In this document: positions 34,823 through 38,115 of the stretch, in pieces
Numbering within the stretch: position 1 is the first letter of the stretch
Layout: each line of letters begins with the position of its first letter
Assembly: GCA_964547925.1 (NCBI GenBank)
Contig: CAZJQF010000001.1
Coordinates: 12,553-50,667 of the forward strand
Reading direction: 5' to 3'
Source of the DNA: an uncultured Dehalococcoidales bacterium
Lineage (GTDB): Bacteria > Chloroflexota > Dehalococcoidia > Dehalococcoidales > JAFGLR01
DNA length: 38,115 nt
Position numbers and translations under genes: made by a program
Notes under the pieces: model-generated
The model's input: the letters and a program-made list of their open reading frames with translations, nothing else
What the model was told of the DNA's origin: nothing
Database searches by the model: none

Positions 34823-35626
34823 TTAGAGGACGATGCTATCCCAATTAACGTCTTCCATATTGAAAACCGGGCCGTCTTTACAAACCTGTTTGAGGCCTTG
34901 TTTGGTACGTATCGTACAGCCGAAACAAACGCCGACGCCGCAGGCCATTCTTACTTCCAGTGATAACTGGATAGGTTTCCCGTCGAGACCCAGTTGTGTT
35001 TTTCTCTCTACCATATCACGGTACATAGGCATAGGACCACAGGCGAAAATCTGGTCGATACCGTTAATATATTGCGGGATAAGGTCAGTCACATTTCCTT
35101 TATAACCTACGCTGCCGTCATCAGTTGCAGCCACAGCCCTTATCTCCGGAGGAATAGGATAACGGTTGCGTACCGGCGTTCCGTATAAGAGTGTTACCGT
35201 GCATACTCTGGATAATGCCTCTTGAGCAAGGAAAAATAGAGGGGCGATTCCCATACCGCCGGCGACCAGTAATAATGTCCGGGTAGTACGGTTAATTGTG
35301 AAACCGTTCCCTAAAGGACCGAAAATCTCAACTGTATCACCGACTCGGCGTTCGGCCAGCCATTCCGAACCCTTGCCGTTTTCCCATACTGTGTAGAATA
35401 AAGCGATATCGCTTTTTCCGTAGGTACGGAAAATACTAAACGGTCTGGGTAACGTGGACTCGGCACCGCACCTGACCATAACGAATTGCCCGGGTTTAGC
35501 TTCTTGAACGATTTCCGGAGCGGTCAGCCAGATTAACCTGGTCTCCAAGCTGCTTTTACCGTGGTTTCGCTTTTGTTCGGGTAAAATCCGTATATTGTTT
35601 ATTACTTTAGTTAATACTTGTTTCAA
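34823..35626 (-). CDS. pyrK: Dihydroorotate dehydrogenase (class 1B) electron-transfer subunit-like FAD/[2Fe-2S] protein
   Basis: RPFS FAD motif, GPLGNGF, LLVAGGMGIAPL, and the C-terminal cluster motif ACGVGVCFGC...CKDGPVF. TTG start with a weak SD. Confidence 0.85.
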   Translation of the reverse strand: MKQVLTKVINNIRILPEQKRNHGKSSLETRLIWLTAPEIVQEAKPGQFVMVRCGAESTLPRPFSIFRTYGKSDIALFYTVWENGKGSEWLAERRVGDTVEIFGPLGNGFTINRTTRTLLLVAGGMGIAPLFFLAQEALSRVCTVTLLYGTPVRNRYPIPPEIRAVAATDDGSVGYKGNVTDLIPQYINGIDQIFACGPMPMYRDMVERKTQLGLDGKPIQLSLEVRMACGVGVCFGCTIRTKQGLKQVCKDGPVFNMEDVNWDSIVL

Positions 35627-35694
35627 TTTATTCTCAAAAATTATTCAGGTATATTCGTATTTTACCCTTATTGAATCTAAAATGTAAAAATAAT

Positions 35695-36999
35695 TTAGAT
35701 GTCTTTATAAACTATTTTGCCGTTAAATATCGTTACTTTTACCTTGCCCTTTAACGTTGCTCTTTTCAAAGGGGTATTTTTACCTTTTGATATGAATTTA
35801 GATATGTCGACCTGCCACTGTATATCAGGAGCAAAAATTGTTATATCGGCCGGGTTGCCTAATGAGAATGAACCGAACATTGCATATTTTGCACCAAGGA
35901 TATTAGCCGGACCGGTAGTTAATTTTTCAATGATCATGCTTAGGGTTATTTCACCTTTATGGACAAGTGTCATTAAACTACCGAATGCGGTTTCAAAACC
36001 GCTGAAGCCAAAAGCTGCTTTAGTAAATTCGCAATTCTTGTCCGCAGCCGTATGAGGTGCATGGTCGGTGGCTATTGCATCTATAGTACCGTCCTTCAAA
36101 CCTTGAATGAGTGCAGCTACATCTTTAGCAGTACGTAACGGAGGGTTCACTTTGGCATATGTCCCGTATTTCAATACCATATCTTCGGTCATGGTTAAAT
36201 GGTGCGGCGTAACTTCGGCGGTGATGTTAATACCGTCATTCTTTGCTTTACGTATCAATTCTACCGAGCCTTCGGTGCTGACATGGGCAATATGTATTTT
36301 ACCGCCTGTTTGCCCGGCTAATTCGATATCGCGTTCGATAATCGATTCTTCTGCGGCTGCGGGTATGCCTTTTAATTTAAGCTTACGGGCGATTTTCCCT
36401 TCATTGACCTGGCCTTCTTTAGCCAGTTCTTTATTTTCGCAGTGGTCGATAACCGGAAGTCCGAATCTTTTAGATTTGATTAGAGCTTGCTTCATAACTT
36501 CATAATCCATAACCGTATCACCGTCATCACTAAAGGCAACTGCACCGGCCTCTGCCAATTCTGCCATATCCGTAACAGCTTCGCCTTTACGACCTATTGT
36601 GATACAACCGATCGGCAAAACACTGACCGGACTTTCTTTTAAAGAAACAGACTTGACATAACATATCATTTCTGTATTGTCTAGAGGTGGTTTTGTATTG
36701 GGCATACAACAGATAGTCGTAAACCCGCCTTTTACAGCCGCTCGTGAGCCGGTGGCTATCGTCTCTTTAGCTTCGTATCCGGGCTGTCTGAGGTGACAGT
36801 GCAGGTCGATAAAACCCGGGCATACCATCATTCCTTCAGCATCCAGAATGTCATAATCGTAGTCGGGAAGGGAAGAATCACCTGTACTTACCCGGACGAT
36901 TTTACCCTGAGCAACGAATAAATTACACGGTTCATCAATGCCGTTTGCCGGGTCGATGACATGGCCGTTTTGAATTAATAAGGGCTTTTGATATTTCAT
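35695..36999 (-). CDS. pyrC: Dihydroorotase
   Basis: PGFIDLHCHLRQPG (HxH metal site), AAVKGGFTT, FSDDG, IHIAHVST, ATDHAPH. The ATG lies 3 nt after the pyrB stop. Confidence 0.93.
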   Translation of the reverse strand: MKYQKPLLIQNGHVIDPANGIDEPCNLFVAQGKIVRVSTGDSSLPDYDYDILDAEGMMVCPGFIDLHCHLRQPGYEAKETIATGSRAAVKGGFTTICCMPNTKPPLDNTEMICYVKSVSLKESPVSVLPIGCITIGRKGEAVTDMAELAEAGAVAFSDDGDTVMDYEVMKQALIKSKRFGLPVIDHCENKELAKEGQVNEGKIARKLKLKGIPAAAEESIIERDIELAGQTGGKIHIAHVSTEGSVELIRKAKNDGINITAEVTPHHLTMTEDMVLKYGTYAKVNPPLRTAKDVAALIQGLKDGTIDAIATDHAPHTAADKNCEFTKAAFGFSGFETAFGSLMTLVHKGEITLSMIIEKLTTGPANILGAKYAMFGSFSLGNPADITIFAPDIQWQVDISKFISKGKNTPLKRATLKGKVKVTIFNGKIVYKDI

Positions 37000-37002
37000 A
37001 GA

Positions 37003-38115
37003 TTAGCCGCCGGCTTTTTCATCTCCCTTAATTTGTTTAACTTTAAGATCTGCTTTGAAACCGGCTGCTTCGGCGTTCTCCACCGAGTTAAATATCAGCA
37101 AATTCTCCGGTTTGATATGCTGCGACCAATGGCTGCTGGCCTGGTGGTATTTTTTACTGACCAGCATACCCTCATGCCATTCGGTACTTGCCACATATTT
37201 GGGTTCAAAGCCGTGTTCGCAATAGCTGCAGCGTAACGTCAACGGTTTAAAGCTGACAATTTTAAATTCGGGTTTTAAATATCGGGTTTCGGTTGCCTGT
37301 ATCGAGACACATTTCGGGTTGGGACATTTAATGCCGGTATCCTGTTTATAAACCGGATACTCAGCTACTTTAAATATTCTTCTGTTTTCGGATATCGCAG
37401 TATCTTTCATGCCGAGGAGAAGTGAAACCAGTGCCATCCTGACCGGGACGCCCTGCGCGGCCTGTTTAAAATATAGACTGCGGGGGTCGCTATCGAGTTC
37501 ATAAGCCAGTTCATCGACACGGGGCAGCGGATGCATTACCATCGCCCGGCGGAGTGATTTTTCTTTCAGCAGTTCTTTATCTACAACCGGGTAATCGTTT
37601 TTAGCCTGTTGTTCTGAAGCCGTAAACCGCTCTTTTTGCGGTCTGGTGACATAAAGGGCATCCAGACCGGTTTTCAACTCCAGTTCAATATCCACACCCG
37701 GCATCATCGCTAACTGGTGAGGCTGGTTAGGAGTTGTATAGATGGCATTGAGCGGAAAACGCCCCGTCTTGGCTTTTTGCTCCGCCGTCATATTTTCGAC
37801 GTCGCCGCCGTATTCGGCGATTAACTTTTGTGTTACGTGTTCCGGCACTTCCAGACCGGGACTGGGGCAAAAGAGGATGTTTGCCCCGAATTTAGCCAGT
37901 GCAAATATCAGGGAGTGAATCGTCCGGCCGTATTTCAGGTCTCCCCAGAGAGCGATATTCATCCCGGCGATGGCACCTCTCTCTTTACGGATTGTGTAGA
38001 GGTCGCACAGTGTTTGTGTAGGATGCTGGTGTCCGCCGTCCCCGGCATTAATCACCGGAATGCCCGAGTAATCGGAAACGACCTTAGCGGCGCCTTCCCA
38101 GGGATGACGTATTAC
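37003..38115 (-). CDS. pyrB: Aspartate carbamoyltransferase catalytic chain fused to a PyrI-type Zn domain and an extra C-terminal tail. The N-terminus lies beyond the window.
   Basis: The frame stays open to the window edge: my translation of 38115..38056 is VIRHPWEGAAKVVSDYSGIP, which continues into VINAGDGGHQHPTQ. ATCase motifs present are HPTQ, GDLKYGRT, RPQKERF, HPLPR and VPVRMAL. These are followed by CPNPKCVS...LRCSYCEHGF, the 4-Cys PyrI Zn domain. Confidence 0.9.
   Translation of the reverse strand, partial: VIRHPWEGAAKVVSDYSGIPVINAGDGGHQHPTQTLCDLYTIRKERGAIAGMNIALWGDLKYGRTIHSLIFALAKFGANILFCPSPGLEVPEHVTQKLIAEYGGDVENMTAEQKAKTGRFPLNAIYTTPNQPHQLAMMPGVDIELELKTGLDALYVTRPQKERFTASEQQAKNDYPVVDKELLKEKSLRRAMVMHPLPRVDELAYELDSDPRSLYFKQAAQGVPVRMALVSLLLGMKDTAISENRRIFKVAEYPVYKQDTGIKCPNPKCVSIQATETRYLKPEFKIVSFKPLTLRCSYCEHGFEPKYVASTEWHEGMLVSKKYHQASSHWSQHIKPENLLIFNSVENAEAAGFKADLKVKQIKGDEKAGG

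Noticed and set aside
1-38115. CRISPR arrays, IS elements or transposases, prophage genes, toxin-antitoxin pairs, rRNA
   Set aside because: Reading both strands turned up no regularly spaced repeats, no DDE, serine or tyrosine recombinase motifs, no phage structural genes and no small overlapping two-gene cassettes. None is reported.

Overview
This 38.1 kb window is a densely packed, mostly housekeeping stretch of a bacterial chromosome. By eye, coding regions are about 45-50% G+C and the intergenic spacers are AT-rich.

I can support about 41 protein genes, 2 tRNAs (Ser-CGA and Pro-GGG), several intrinsic terminators and a few sigma70-like promoters.

Gene content from left to right:
- hemW (partial), lepA, a SemiSWEET-like 3-TM protein
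- gpmA, a hotdog thioesterase, a lipoprotein
- pyk, a benzoate-CoA-ligase-like AMP ligase, a ComEC-type MBL lipoprotein
- tRNA-Ser, an alpha/beta hydrolase, two tandem UspA paralogs, a GloB-like MBL hydrolase
- a long co-directional, overlapping string: R3H-AAA ATPase, tmk, mnmA, rnhB, yraN, long-form thiE, translin-like protein
- pdxS, a CPBP protease, rsmG, bfr, an Lrp/AsnC regulator
- a small AT-rich block of envelope proteins: DUF4349+PKD, a J-domain membrane protein, a CAP-domain lipoprotein
- an orphan URO-D-family protein, a CBS protein, tRNA-Pro, a parvulin PPIase
- hom, thrC, folE
- two adjacent acyl-CoA dehydrogenases
- pyrK, pyrC, and a pyrB that runs off the right edge

I saw no CRISPR array, transposase, integrase, rRNA or obvious defence locus.

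The most unusual things I can see directly:
1. An aspartate carbamoyltransferase catalytic chain is fused to only the Zn domain of PyrI. It also carries a Cys-less Ada-like tail and an internal insertion of about 30 aa.
2. A divergent acyl-CoA dehydrogenase pair sits next to a pyrK that has no pyrD. One member looks catalytically degenerate.
3. A bacterial translin/TRAX-like protein overlaps a long-form thiE in a way that suggests translational coupling.
4. A 335 bp spacer holds a repeated palindrome and two tandem terminators.
5. A GC-rich structured element lies in an AT-rich convergent spacer.

The taxon cannot be established from the sequence. The gene set (PdxS, Ycf45-like ATPase, bacterial translin, long ThiE) and the frequent TTG/GTG starts and gene overlaps fit a Chloroflexota/Dehalococcoidia-like anaerobe. 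That is only a guess.

All family assignments rest on motif recognition by eye. No database search was run.
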